Assembly (NCBI GenBank): GCA_009699875.1 | Contig: WLNI01000003.1 | Span: 8,814-72,813 of the forward strand | Direction: 5' to 3' | Length of the DNA stretch: 64,000 nucleotides | Source: Actinomycetota bacterium | GTDB lineage: Bacteria; Actinomycetota; Acidimicrobiia; Acidimicrobiales; RAAP-2 | Part shown: one piece after another, positions 1 to 9,351 of the stretch | How the letters are laid out: the number at the start of each line of letters is the position of its first letter | How positions within the stretch are numbered: position 1 is the stretch's first letter | Translations under genes and position numbers: made by a program | The notes under the pieces: model-generated | Databases searched by the model: none | Told to the model about the DNA's origin: nothing | Seen by the model: only the letters and a program-made list of their open reading frames with translations

Positions 1-909
1 TCTGCACTGAGTCCAAACCCACTCGTTGATATCTGGGTGAAACTCGAAGGGCGCAACCCCGCGGGCTCTGTCAAAGATCGAATTGCGCTGAGCTTGGTGG
101 AAGCAGCCGAAGCTGATGGAATCTTGATCCCCGGCAAGCCCGACCAAGTCCTGATTGAGCCTTCCTCTGGAAACACGGGGATTGCCTTAGCCATGGTGTG
201 TCAGATGAAGGGCTACCACCTGAAAGTTGTCTTGCCCACCAATGTGTCGATTGAACGGCGCCAAATGTTAGAAGTCTTTGGAGCTGAGATCATCGAATCA
301 CCAGGCTCAGAAGGCTCCAATGGAGCGGTTCGAAAGGCACAAGCACTTTCGGAGAAGAACCCTCAATGGGTCTTTCTCTATCAGTACGCCAACCCCGCCA
401 ATCCTGCGGCTCACTATGCACACACTGGACCCGAGATCTGGGCCGACGTTCCTGAGGTCACGCACTTTATTGCGGGGCTCGGGACGTCTGGAACGCTGCT
501 CGGCGTCGGTGGGTTTTTGAAAGAGAAGAATCCCGACATCCAGGTCTGGGCCATTGAACCGCCAACCGGCGAGATGGTGGATGGACTTCGAAACTTGGAT
601 GACGGTTACATCCCACCAATTTTCGCAGAGCTCGGCGGAGCGCAGATCTTGGATCGCAAAACGGTTATTCGACCAAAAGAGTCTATTGAGTGGACTCGGA
701 GAATGACCGAAATTGGGCTTTTCGTCGGGATCTCCTCGGGTGCAATCATGGCGGGAGCCGCTCGGTGCGCTGAGCAGATCCCTGAAGGCGAGTCCGCCAC
801 CATCGTGACGATTGCTTGTGATGATGGCTGGAAGTACCTCTCAACCGGTGCCTGGACTGACGATATCGATACTGTCGTTGAGCGAGCCAAAAAAGTCATC
901 TACTTTTAG
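1..909 (+). CDS. cysM: Cysteine synthase, CysM-like PLP enzyme (5' end outside window)
   Basis: Frame 1 is open from base 1 (SALSPNPLVDIWVKLEGRNPAGSVKDR...). It carries the PLP-lysine motif GSVKDR, an SSGNTG loop and a C-terminal DDGWKYLSTGAW tail like mycobacterial CysM. Stop TAG at 907-909. Confidence 0.85.
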   Translation, partial: SALSPNPLVDIWVKLEGRNPAGSVKDRIALSLVEAAEADGILIPGKPDQVLIEPSSGNTGIALAMVCQMKGYHLKVVLPTNVSIERRQMLEVFGAEIIESPGSEGSNGAVRKAQALSEKNPQWVFLYQYANPANPAAHYAHTGPEIWADVPEVTHFIAGLGTSGTLLGVGGFLKEKNPDIQVWAIEPPTGEMVDGLRNLDDGYIPPIFAELGGAQILDRKTVIRPKESIEWTRRMTEIGLFVGISSGAIMAGAARCAEQIPEGESATIVTIACDDGWKYLSTGAWTDDIDTVVERAKKVIYF

Positions 910-965
910 ATCACCCGGTCCTTTCTTCTTTCTTTTTTTAACAACAACGCCCAAGGAGGCAAGCA

Positions 966-1727
966 ATGAGTGACGTCGACCCAAAGACCCTTCGCCAAGA
1001 CGGACGAAGAATTGATCAACTTCGAACGGTGAACTTTGAGCGAGACTTTACGGTCTTTGCCCCTGGTTCTGTATTGGTTTCCATGGGTCGCACACGTGTG
1101 CTCTGTACCGCATCGGTAGAGGATCGAATTCCGCCGTGGATGCGCGGAAGTGGAAAAGGGTGGGTCACCGCGGAGTACTCAATGCTCCCTGGGTCGACTC
1201 CAGAGCGAGCAAGCCGAGAAGCAGCCAAGGGAAAGCAGTCGGGGCGAACCCAAGAAATCCAACGCTTGATCGCTCGCTCACTGCGCTGTGTCACTGATCT
1301 CGTCGCTGTAGGGGAGCGACAGATCACTGTTGACTGTGACGTGCTTCAGGCAGACGGTGGGACTCGAACTGCATCGATTTGTGGAGCCTACGTAGCCCTG
1401 CACGACGCGTGCACTCGGTTAATGATGGAAGGCGCGATTTCGCAGCATCCCCTCTCCGATGCAGTTGCAGCGGTCTCTGTTGGCATCATCGACGGGGTCC
1501 CCATGGTTGACCTTCCATACATTGAAGACTCTCGAGCTGACGTTGACATGAACGTCGTGATGACCGGCTCGGGTCGTTTTGTCGAAGTGCAGGGAACCGC
1601 TGAGCAGATGGCCTTTAGCCGTAGTGAACTCGACACGATGCTCGAACTCGCAGAGGGTGGGATCAAGGAACTCTTGGCTGCACAAGCAGCAGTGATCGCA
1701 ACACCTCCAGCCCCTCGGGACTCTTGA
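966..1727 (+). CDS. rph: Ribonuclease PH
   Basis: SD AAGGAGG at 953-959. The protein has typical RNase PH segments ([45 protein letters not shown]). Confidence 0.95.
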   Translation: MSDVDPKTLRQDGRRIDQLRTVNFERDFTVFAPGSVLVSMGRTRVLCTASVEDRIPPWMRGSGKGWVTAEYSMLPGSTPERASREAAKGKQSGRTQEIQRLIARSLRCVTDLVAVGERQITVDCDVLQADGGTRTASICGAYVALHDACTRLMMEGAISQHPLSDAVAAVSVGIIDGVPMVDLPYIEDSRADVDMNVVMTGSGRFVEVQGTAEQMAFSRSELDTMLELAEGGIKELLAAQAAVIATPPAPRDS

Positions 1728-2335
1728 CGCTCAGAGTGGTGTTGGCAACGGCCAACAAAGACAAAGCCGAAGAAATTACGTTGATACTTTCGTCGCGCGG
1801 CGATGTTGAACTCATTGAACGGCCTCTCAGTGTGGGCGAAGTTGAAGAGACTGGGATAACTCTTGAAGAGAATGCCCGGATCAAAGCAGTCGCATTAGTT
1901 TCCGCAACCGGGATGCCGTCACTCGCCGACGACACTGGTCTTGAAGTCGACGCGCTTGACGGTGCGCCCGGGGTCTACTCAGCTCGTTATGCGGGAGAAG
2001 ACGCAAGTTATCAAGACAACGTGGACAAACTTGTTCGAGAGATGCAGCCTTTCAAATCTGAACGTGAGCGAACTGCTCGATTTACGACGGTGGCATGTCT
2101 CGTTTTTCCCGATGGAGCAGAGATCTCTGCTCGCGGCCAAGTTGAAGGTCTCATCGCACCTTCGCCCCAGGGACGCGGTGGATTTGGCTACGACCCCGTT
2201 TTTCTCCCTGTCGGGGCAGACGGACGGAGCTTCTCCGAAATGACGCCAGCCGAGAAAAATGCCATCAGCCATCGAGGCCGAGCCTTTCGAGCACTCGCAG
2301 ATCAGTTAGAGAAACAGGGGCATCTCTCGAGTTGA
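1724..2335 (+). CDS. rdgB: dITP/XTP pyrophosphatase (RdgB/Ham1 family)
   Basis: TTG start overlaps the rph stop (TTGA at 1724-1727). Motifs [42 protein letters not shown] and ISHRGRA are present. rph-rdgB adjacency matches other actinobacteria. Confidence 0.9.
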   Translation: MTLRVVLATANKDKAEEITLILSSRGDVELIERPLSVGEVEETGITLEENARIKAVALVSATGMPSLADDTGLEVDALDGAPGVYSARYAGEDASYQDNVDKLVREMQPFKSERERTARFTTVACLVFPDGAEISARGQVEGLIAPSPQGRGGFGYDPVFLPVGADGRSFSEMTPAEKNAISHRGRAFRALADQLEKQGHLSS

Positions 2336-2426
2336 GCTCCAATTTCAACAACGCCGCCATCATTGAGTACGGTTTGTCCAGAGCACCAAGAGCCACAACG
2401 GCTCATCGAAGAATGACAGGAGACAC

Positions 2427-2927
2427 ATGGCGGACGCCGCTGAATTAGAAGCGCTGGTGGGAACAAAGACACAGTCCGCGACGGTGGTGATTGAGAGAGC
2501 GCCCCTGGCATTTTTTGCCGAAGCAGTCTTTGATGATTCGCAGGTCTACCAGGACGCGACGGTCGCTGAGGCCGAAGGATTTGGGGCTATCCCTGCACCG
2601 CCAACGTTTCCTTTTGTGATGGACAACTGGGGCCGATTCCCAGACATCCAAGGTGAACGCGTGAAAAAAGGTCCTGAAGGCCTCTCGGCCCTTGGGTCAG
2701 TTTTTTCTGGTGGGGGACTCATCCTCCATGGAGAACAGTCGTTTTCCTACGAGCGCCCCGTCAAGGTCGGCGACACGCTCAAAGGAGAGGGAACTGTTGT
2801 TGAGGCCTACGCCAAAGAATCAAAGGGAAAGACGATGACGTTTATCGTCATGGAGACTCAATGGCGGGACGCCACGACGGGAGATCTTGTGGTGACGTCT
2901 CGAATGAACATCATTAACAGGGTCTAG
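2427..2927 (+). CDS. MaoC-like hotdog protein, HadA/UPF0336-like non-catalytic subunit
   Basis: 166-aa ORF immediately upstream of a catalytic MaoC dehydratase. It has hotdog-fold-like sequence but no hydratase-2 D..H motif. The family assignment comes from recall, not a search. Confidence 0.65.
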   Translation: MADAAELEALVGTKTQSATVVIERAPLAFFAEAVFDDSQVYQDATVAEAEGFGAIPAPPTFPFVMDNWGRFPDIQGERVKKGPEGLSALGSVFSGGGLILHGEQSFSYERPVKVGDTLKGEGTVVEAYAKESKGKTMTFIVMETQWRDATTGDLVVTSRMNIINRV

Positions 2928-2972
2928 GAATCCACGAACTCAAACTCTCAAAAGTACGGAAGGTAATTGAAC

Positions 2973-3395
2973 ATGACGACTGGATTAAAAAAGAGCGATC
3001 TTGCGATTGGGATGAGTGCGCCAGAGTTGCGCCACGTCTTAACTCGAACAGACCTCGTGCGGTATGCAGGAGCATCGGGCGACTACAACCCCATGCACCA
3101 CGACGAGGTCAAAGCAACCCAGGCAGGGCAACCAAGCGTCTTTGGGCACGGCATGTTGTCGATGGGGTTCTTAGCTACGGCAATCACCACCTTTGTTGGT
3201 ATCGGCAATATCGTCGACTACTCAGTGAGGTTTGTTTCTCAGACTTGGCCTGGTGAAGAACTGGTGACCAAGATCAGCGTGACTGGAGTACGAGATGAAG
3301 GTGACACGCACTTGGTGGACCTCGATGTGCGCTTGACTAACGCTGATGGGCAAGAAAAAGTTGTCGGGAGTGCCTCAGCCCTCGTGATGGCATAG
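2973..3395 (+). CDS. MaoC-family (R)-specific enoyl/hydroxyacyl dehydratase, HadB-like
   Basis: Hydratase-2 motif YAGASGDYNPMHHD is present. An ATG at 2973 lies about 8 nt after GGAAGG. The track start at 2967 is an upstream TTG. Confidence 0.8.
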   Translation: MTTGLKKSDLAIGMSAPELRHVLTRTDLVRYAGASGDYNPMHHDEVKATQAGQPSVFGHGMLSMGFLATAITTFVGIGNIVDYSVRFVSQTWPGEELVTKISVTGVRDEGDTHLVDLDVRLTNADGQEKVVGSASALVMA

Positions 3396-3429
3396 GCCAA
3401 AGTCCTGGCAGAACAGAAGAAGGGGAGCA

Positions 3430-4347
3430 ATGGACGTCGGCGTAGCGCTTCCAACGATGGCCAAGGGGTTCGACCGCCAGACGTTTCTCGCCTGGTGCAC
3501 CGGCATCGACCACGGGCCATTTTCCTCCATTTCAACTGGGGAGAGAATCACATTTTTCAACCCTGAATTGATCACCACGCTTAGTGCAGCCGCTGTCCTC
3601 ACCGAGAGAGTTGACGTGATGGCCAATATCGTCGTGGCGCCCCTTCATCGCTCATCAATGTTGGCCAAGCAACTGGCCACCATTGACGTTCTCAGCCATG
3701 GTCGCCTCGTTGTTGGCCTTGGAGTCGGCGGGAGACCCCATGACTATGAGTCGCTCGGCATCTCCTTTGAACGGCGCCACCAAAGAGTGGACGACGTTGC
3801 TAGAGAATTGCGCTCCCTTTGGGCAGGGCAGCCCCCGTTTGAGGGTGCAGATCCAGTTGGGCCAAGTACCGTCACCCCTGGGGGACCACGGCTTCTCTCT
3901 GGAGCGATGGGTCCAAAAGCATTAGCTCGAGCAGCTCAATGGGCCGATGGGGTCAACGGGTTTTCAATCACTGGTTCAGAACAAGAACTGAAGAGCCAAG
4001 CCGAGATGGCTCGTGGGGCATGGAAGAGCGCACAACGAGAAGGGGAACCTTGGCTTGGATCGGGAACATTTTGTGTCCTTGGCGGGTCAGATCCCTTGCG
4101 AACGCTCCAAGAGTTTGGAGCAACGTACCTGAATTTTTTCGGTGATGAAGTTGCTCGATCTCTCGCCAAGACTCTCGAGATCGCATCGCCAGATTCTCTG
4201 ATCAATGTGTTGAATGGAGCGGAACGTGCGGGACTCAAGGAATTCACGGTGGTGCCCGGAACATGGGACCTTGAGTGTCTTGAAATGATGAACGACGCTG
4301 TAGCGTCTTGGTCGAAGTCAACGTCACGAGAGGAACAAGATGGTTGA
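3430..4347 (+). CDS. LLM-class (luciferase-like, probably F420/flavin-dependent) oxidoreductase
   Basis: 305 aa. Typical LLM segments are present (LATIDVLSHGRLVVGLGVGG..., GPKALARAAQWADG). SD GGGGAG lies before the ATG. Confidence 0.8.
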   Translation: MDVGVALPTMAKGFDRQTFLAWCTGIDHGPFSSISTGERITFFNPELITTLSAAAVLTERVDVMANIVVAPLHRSSMLAKQLATIDVLSHGRLVVGLGVGGRPHDYESLGISFERRHQRVDDVARELRSLWAGQPPFEGADPVGPSTVTPGGPRLLSGAMGPKALARAAQWADGVNGFSITGSEQELKSQAEMARGAWKSAQREGEPWLGSGTFCVLGGSDPLRTLQEFGATYLNFFGDEVARSLAKTLEIASPDSLINVLNGAERAGLKEFTVVPGTWDLECLEMMNDAVASWSKSTSREEQDG

Positions 4348-5263
4348 TCTACACGGGAAAAAAGTTGTCGTTGTTGGAGTCACGGGACAAGTAGCCACAC
4401 CATTAGCCATCACGCTCTCCGAGACAGCTTCGGTCATTGGAGCGGCTCGTTTTAGTTCGCCGAGCCATCGAGATCACCTCGAGGCGGAGGGAATCGAATG
4501 CGTCACCATTGATCTTGAGAACGGCGACGTGGGAAACATTCCTCGCGACGCGGACTACATCTTGAATTTCGCGGTAGCGAAGACCAATGACTGGACTCGT
4601 GATTTGGATTCGAATGTTGGAGGTGTTCTTTCATTGATGGAACATTGCGAGAACGCATCAGCGTTTCTGCAGTGTTCATCAACGGCTGTCTACAAGGCCA
4701 TGGGACATCACGTCTTTGATGAAGATGGCCCCTTGGGTGACAACCATGGGGTCTGGGAGTTCCTCCGAACGTATTCGACATCCAAAATTGCCACTGAAGC
4801 CGCCGTGCGTTGGGCGGCTCGGCGCTTTGAGATTCCCACCACGATTGCGCGGCTCTCAGTTCCTTATGGAAAGAACGGTGGCTGGCCAGCCATCCACTTG
4901 GAGATGATGTTGAACGGTTCCCCAATTCCCGTTCATGTCGATGCGCCGTCGACCTATCACCCAATTCACGAAGACGACATTGCTCGGATGATCCCCGGGC
5001 TCCTTGGGGCGGCCTCGATCTCGACGACGACCTTGAACTGGGGAGGGGCAACCCCAGTCTCGGTGGAGGAGTGGTGTTCGTACATGGGCGACCTTTGCGG
5101 GCTCGGCGTTGAGTTTGCTCCAACCGAACACACGATTGATTCAGTGATGGTTGACCTCAGTCGACTCCACGAGGTCGTAGGCGAGACCAGTGTCCCCTGG
5201 AGAGAGGGCATGCGAGAGATGGTGGCAGCACGTCATCCTGAACTGCTTCCAAGCACAAGCTGA
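4340..5263 (+). CDS. NAD-dependent epimerase/dehydratase family protein
   Basis: N-terminal Rossmann motif VVVVGVTGQVA and catalytic YxxxK (YSTSK). There is an 8-nt overlap with the upstream LLM gene. Confidence 0.75.
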   Translation: MVDLHGKKVVVVGVTGQVATPLAITLSETASVIGAARFSSPSHRDHLEAEGIECVTIDLENGDVGNIPRDADYILNFAVAKTNDWTRDLDSNVGGVLSLMEHCENASAFLQCSSTAVYKAMGHHVFDEDGPLGDNHGVWEFLRTYSTSKIATEAAVRWAARRFEIPTTIARLSVPYGKNGGWPAIHLEMMLNGSPIPVHVDAPSTYHPIHEDDIARMIPGLLGAASISTTTLNWGGATPVSVEEWCSYMGDLCGLGVEFAPTEHTIDSVMVDLSRLHEVVGETSVPWREGMREMVAARHPELLPSTS

Positions 5264-5361
5264 GTGATTTTTGTTCCTAATACGAAAGAATGGGGCGGCT
5301 AAACCCAAGAAGAATTCACGAAAACGTCACTATGATGACTCGATCCCCCTAGCCTAAAGAA

Positions 5362-6000
5362 GTGCCGACTTCGGAAACTCATCAAGCGATGTTCCCGCTT
5401 TCAACGGTTCTCTTTCCTCACGCAGAGTTGCCCATACATATCTTTGAGCCTCGCTATCAAGCACTCGTCGCTGACGTCATGGCCGGATCCAAAGAGTTTG
5501 GGACGGTCTTGATATCCGCTGGATCTGAAGTGGGCGGGGGAGAGAAGCGGACCAACATTGGCACACTGCTTCGTGTGGAGATGGCCGTTCCTTTTGATGA
5601 TGGACGCTGGATGTTGGTAACCCGAGGAATCGAACGCATCAAGGTCCTTGAGTGGCTCGAAGACGATCCGTATCCGAAGGCCATCGTGGAGCCACACCCT
5701 GGAAGTGATTTCTCCGGCGACCCAGAACTGATCGATACGGCAGCGGCGTCGCTTCGCCGGGTCAGGATGCTGCTCTCAGAGTTGGACGAAGGGCCGTGTG
5801 GACCAATCGATATCGATCTGAGCGATGACCCGATGAGAGCGTCGTGGATGGCGTGTGCTCTGGCTCCACTTGGGCTCATAGATGCCCAACAGCTTTTGGA
5901 GTGCACTGACCCAGTTGAGCGGCTCACACAATTGATTGAGTTATGCCGAGCTCGAATCACCGACCTCCAGCACCTCTTGTCTGAGTCAGGTAACGCGTAA
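5362..6000 (+). CDS. LON N-terminal (substrate-binding, PUA-like) domain protein
   Basis: The N-terminus reads FPLSTVLFPHAELPIHIFEPRYQALV, typical of the Lon N-domain. At 212 aa it has no AAA or protease domains. Confidence 0.75.
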   Translation: MPTSETHQAMFPLSTVLFPHAELPIHIFEPRYQALVADVMAGSKEFGTVLISAGSEVGGGEKRTNIGTLLRVEMAVPFDDGRWMLVTRGIERIKVLEWLEDDPYPKAIVEPHPGSDFSGDPELIDTAAASLRRVRMLLSELDEGPCGPIDIDLSDDPMRASWMACALAPLGLIDAQQLLECTDPVERLTQLIELCRARITDLQHLLSESGNA

Positions 6001-6024
6001 GCGTTGCCTGTGAAGGTGAGCTTC

Positions 6025-6927
6025 TTAAAAGAAACTGAACTTTGGAATCCCTGAAGAAACACCCTTGAACAGGTCACCTTTGGCGTCGGCAAGCTCTGAA
6101 GGTGTCCACGCGTGATCTCGATGGAGTTCTCCAACTGGAACAAAGCCACCCATGGCCCAGACGTTTCCTCCGAAGACCACGAAGATCTGACCGGTGACGT
6201 CTGCAGCGTTGTCGGAAGCCAAGAAGCCGATCAAGTTCGCCACGTTTTTAGGGTCCCACTCGTCAAAGCCTTCATCTGACTTGGCCATTTCTCCAAACAG
6301 GTTCTCGGTCATGCGGGTTCGAGCTCGAGGGGCAATGGCATTGACGGTCACGCCATAACGCTCGAGTTCTCGAGCGAGGACCCAGGTGAGCGAGACAATG
6401 CCACCCTTGGCGGTTGAATAGTTGGCCTGGCCCGCATTCCCGTAGAGTCCAGCCTCCGAACTCGTGTTGATGATTCGACCAGTCACTTCTTCTCCAGATT
6501 TGGCCTTGTTCCTCCAGTAGACAGCGGCGTGCTGTGCGGGGGCGAAGTGCCCTTTGAGGTGAACTCGAATGACGTCGTCCCAATCGGACTCGTTCATGTT
6601 GAAGCTCATCTTGTCTCGCAAGATTCCAGCATTGTTCACGAGGATATCCATGGAACCGAAGGTATCGACAGCTTGTTCAATGACATTCTTGCCACCGTTC
6701 CAGGTAGAAATATCGTCACCGTTGACGACTGCTTCGCCACCGTTGGCAATGATGATGTCGGCGACGTCTTGAGCGGGGCTCTTGTCACCACCTTCTCCTT
6801 GAAGAGATGCACCTACATCATTGATGACCAACTTCGCTCCTTCACTGGCAAGAAGCAAGGCTTCATCTCGACCGATGCCTCGTCCGGCGCCCGTGACAAT
6901 TGCGACTTTTCCATCAAGTAGTCCCAT
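6025..6927 (-). CDS. SDR-family oxidoreductase (3-hydroxyacyl-CoA / 3-oxoacyl reductase-like)
   Basis: Motifs TGAGRGIG, NNAG and YSTAK are present. I place the start at the ATG at 6927, preceded by GGAGAAACC. The upstream 37 codons of the track ORF are unlikely to be coding. Confidence 0.9.
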   Translation of the reverse strand: MGLLDGKVAIVTGAGRGIGRDEALLLASEGAKLVINDVGASLQGEGGDKSPAQDVADIIIANGGEAVVNGDDISTWNGGKNVIEQAVDTFGSMDILVNNAGILRDKMSFNMNESDWDDVIRVHLKGHFAPAQHAAVYWRNKAKSGEEVTGRIINTSSEAGLYGNAGQANYSTAKGGIVSLTWVLARELERYGVTVNAIAPRARTRMTENLFGEMAKSDEGFDEWDPKNVANLIGFLASDNAADVTGQIFVVFGGNVWAMGGFVPVGELHRDHAWTPSELADAKGDLFKGVSSGIPKFSFF

Positions 6928-7059
6928 TGGTTTCTCCTTTTTATTGAACTCGAACGTTGTTGACCGCGTGGTGGGGACCTGCGGCGATCGATCGAATCGA
7001 TCATCTTTGGTGATGAGAGCATGGCCTCTCAAAAGCATGAAAGCAAAATGACTGATTTT

Positions 7060-8100
7060 CTAAGGCATTGTGGAACTAGATTGCGTGAGCCAGTCTCCAT
7101 GTAACGCAAATTCCACGGCATCGCTGATCACGTCAGTGGTCTCATGGCGAGAGCGATCTTGGCCGAACAGTTGCGAAAGTGAGAGGACTTTTGTCGGACC
7201 TGGCCGGCTTTTGATTACAAATTCCTCAACGTCAGCCTCAACCTGGCCACAGAGAATGAGTATCGGTAGATCTGGACCAACAAATTCCAGGAGTGACCAA
7301 ACGGTCTTTCCCTCAAGCGTTGTTGCATCCAAGTGACCTTCGCCAGTCACAATCAAGTCGCTCGCCGCAACATCACTCCGGAGATCAACGGAGTCTGCCA
7401 ACACATCAAATCCGGAGCAGAGTGTTGCTCCAAGAGTTACGAGACCTCCAGCCAATCCACCAGCGGCGCCAGAGCGAGGGAGAGAAGTCACGTCAATACC
7501 TGTGCGCTCCAAATAGTGATCAGCGAGTTCACTCAAGCGTTCTCTCAACGCACGTACTTGGCGTGGATTCGCTCCTTTTTGAGATGCAAATGTTGTTGCA
7601 GCGTCGAGGAACGTCGTGGTGACGTCCGTTGCGACCATGAGAGTAACGCCAGTGAGATCCCCTCGAGCGAGAATTTCATCAACCGCACCTTGACCACCAT
7701 CAGTGGTGGCAGAGCCGCCACACCCAACGGTGATTGAGGTAGCACCATGGCGGACTGCAGCGTTTATTAATTCGCCAACGCCTTTTGTTGACGCTCGGAG
7801 TGGGTCGTCCCCTTGAGGTGCGACCAAGAGATGTCGACCTGCTGCAGAAGCCATTTCGAGAACTGCAGTTGTTGGAGTCAACATCGAAAATGAGGCCACG
7901 ACGGGTTCACCGAGCGGGCCGGCAACCGTCAGTGCGACCTTCGTGCCGCCGAGGACGCTTCCAAAACCTTCGCCCCCATCGCTCAATGGGCGAATTGTGG
8001 TGTTCCATCCGCAACGATGTGCGCCTGTGACAATTGCTTCTGCGACACCGTTGGCATCAAGGGTGCCGCGAAACTTGTCTGGTGCAGCAAGGAGCCGCAC
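7060..8100 (-). CDS. glxK: Glycerate kinase
   Basis: N-terminus MRLLAAPDKFRGTL and internal GGGGSATTDGG and TGEG motifs are characteristic of the glycerate kinase family. GTG start. Confidence 0.85.
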   Translation of the reverse strand: MRLLAAPDKFRGTLDANGVAEAIVTGAHRCGWNTTIRPLSDGGEGFGSVLGGTKVALTVAGPLGEPVVASFSMLTPTTAVLEMASAAGRHLLVAPQGDDPLRASTKGVGELINAAVRHGATSITVGCGGSATTDGGQGAVDEILARGDLTGVTLMVATDVTTTFLDAATTFASQKGANPRQVRALRERLSELADHYLERTGIDVTSLPRSGAAGGLAGGLVTLGATLCSGFDVLADSVDLRSDVAASDLIVTGEGHLDATTLEGKTVWSLLEFVGPDLPILILCGQVEADVEEFVIKSRPGPTKVLSLSQLFGQDRSRHETTDVISDAVEFALHGDWLTQSSSTMP

Positions 8101-8106
8101 GATGTC

Positions 8107-8481
8107 CTAGCTGACTGCTAAGAGATCAACGACGAAAATGAGGGTTTCATTCGCCTTGATGACGCCGCCAGCTCCCTGGGCTCCGTAACCCAAGTGGGGC
8201 GGAATGGTGAGTCGGCGACGACCCCCAACTTTCATGCCCTGGACCCCTTGGTCCCATCCACTGATGACTTGGCCAGCGCCAAGTCCAAAGGAGAAGGTGT
8301 CGCCCCGATTCCAGGAGGCATCGAACTCTTCACCAGTGGACCACGAGACGCCCACGTAGTGAACGGTCACTTGGGTGCCAGCAATGGCTTCATCGCCTTC
8401 GCCGAGGGTGATCTCCATGATCTCTAACTCAGCGGGGGGAGTGCCCTCGGGTGGATCAATGAGTGGTCGCTCTAATGTCAT
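8107..8481 (-). CDS. FKBP-type peptidyl-prolyl cis-trans isomerase
   Basis: VTVHYVGVSWSTGEEFDASW...F.FGLGAGQVISGWDQGVQGMKVGGRRRLTIPP.LGYG is a canonical FKBP domain. Confidence 0.9.
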   Translation of the reverse strand: MTLERPLIDPPEGTPPAELEIMEITLGEGDEAIAGTQVTVHYVGVSWSTGEEFDASWNRGDTFSFGLGAGQVISGWDQGVQGMKVGGRRRLTIPPHLGYGAQGAGGVIKANETLIFVVDLLAVS

Positions 8482-8554
8482 AGGACTCAGCGTAGGGGAT
8501 CAGAAGGTCTCAGGAAAGCCCGAAGACTCCTGAGGAGGTGAGATCACACCACAG

Positions 8555-8636
8555 TGCGGGCGAGAGGACTCGAACCTCCACCCCCGAAGGGACCAGGACC
8601 TAAACCTGGCGCGTATACCAATTTCGCCACACCCGC
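8555..8636 (-). tRNA. tRNA-Leu (anticodon TAG)
   Basis: The reverse complement reads GCGGGTG..CCAGG-TTTAGGT-CCTGG..long variable arm..GGAGGTTCGAGTCCTCT-CGCCCGC-A. It has a 7-bp acceptor stem, a TTCGAGT T-loop and a type-II variable arm. CCA is not encoded. Confidence 0.9.
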
Positions 8637-8737
8637 GTAGCTCTTCTGGAGGATTGGATTCGCAACCTACCAGTGGCCTCATCCTAGAGAAGAGATATGA
8701 GCCTGTTGGGAGGCCTCGGCAAGGTAGCCTCCTAGGT

Positions 8738-9349
8738 ATGGAAAACACCCCCACCCCAATCATTGCCGGCCCTGGCGGCCCTGGCGACGTCAGCAGCGAG
8801 TTGACCCAACGACTACTCAGGGAGCGAATCGTCTTCTTGGGCTCGGTCGTGGATCAGATGGCAGCAAATACCCTCTGTGCCCAGCTCTTGCTTCTTGAGG
8901 CTGAAGATGCCGGAAAAGACATCTCGCTGTATATCAACTCGCCTGGAGGCTCCGTTACGGACGGCTTAGCTATTTACGACACGATGCAGTACGTGGCGTG
9001 TGACGTCCGAACAATCTGTGTCGGCATGGCCGCTTCCATGGGACAGTTCTTGCTGTGTGCGGGAGCGCCTGGAAAACGATTTGCACTCCCACATTCTCGG
9101 ATCTTGATGCATCAACCAAGCGCTGGAGGAATGCAAGGCCAAGCGTCAGACATTGCGATCCAGGCGGAGCAAATTGTCTTCATGAAAAGAATGCTCGCAG
9201 AACGCATTGCGTTCCACACCGGCCAAGACGTGGAGCGTATTGAAGCGGACTCCGACCGAGACCGCTGGTTTACGGCCGAAGAAGCTAAAGAGTATGGCTT
9301 CATTGATGCAGTGATCGACAGGTCAACTGCTGGCGCTGGAGCCAAGTAG
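8738..9349 (+). CDS. clpP: ATP-dependent Clp protease proteolytic subunit
   Basis: The catalytic Ser (GMAASMG), His (LMHQP) and Asp (DRDRW) contexts are present. About 24 residues precede the RLLRERIVFLG motif, as in ClpP1, which favours the ATG at 8738 over the track start at 8654. Confidence 0.9.
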   Translation: MENTPTPIIAGPGGPGDVSSELTQRLLRERIVFLGSVVDQMAANTLCAQLLLLEAEDAGKDISLYINSPGGSVTDGLAIYDTMQYVACDVRTICVGMAASMGQFLLCAGAPGKRFALPHSRILMHQPSAGGMQGQASDIAIQAEQIVFMKRMLAERIAFHTGQDVERIEADSDRDRWFTAEEAKEYGFIDAVIDRSTAGAGAK

Positions 9350-9351
9350 AC

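Noticed and set aside
920-939. 20-nt polypyrimidine (CT/T-rich) tract after cysM, considered as an intrinsic terminator.
   Set aside because: I could find no preceding GC-rich hairpin. It may just be spacer sequence before the rph SD.
4503-6149. Long antisense ORFs in the track. Examples are 4503..5123(-), 5457..6149(-), 43632..44237(-), 49605..50147(-), 51037..51459(-), 63599..63994(-), and the many 60-140 aa ORFs nested in other genes.
   Set aside because: Each lies opposite, or out of frame with, a gene that has clear family motifs. Their translations are Arg/Ser/Pro-rich and low-complexity, without SD sequences, which is typical of shadow ORFs.
6928-7038. N-terminal extensions of track ORFs. 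This applies here and at 8654, 16843, 17583, 20331-20408, 28574, 34052-34096, 37354, 42591-42641, 51011, 61054 and 62891.
   Set aside because: Internal starts have proper SD spacing and match family N-termini. The extensions overlap neighbouring genes or divergent promoters.
8709-8732. GGAGGC...GCCTCC stem upstream of clpP, considered as a translational control element.
   Set aside because: It has a 6-bp stem with a 12-nt loop, and the interpretation depends on an unverified start codon. I mention it only within the clpP finding.
8500-8763. 87-aa ORF on the minus strand.
   Set aside because: It spans the tRNA-Leu gene (8555-8636), so it is an artefact.
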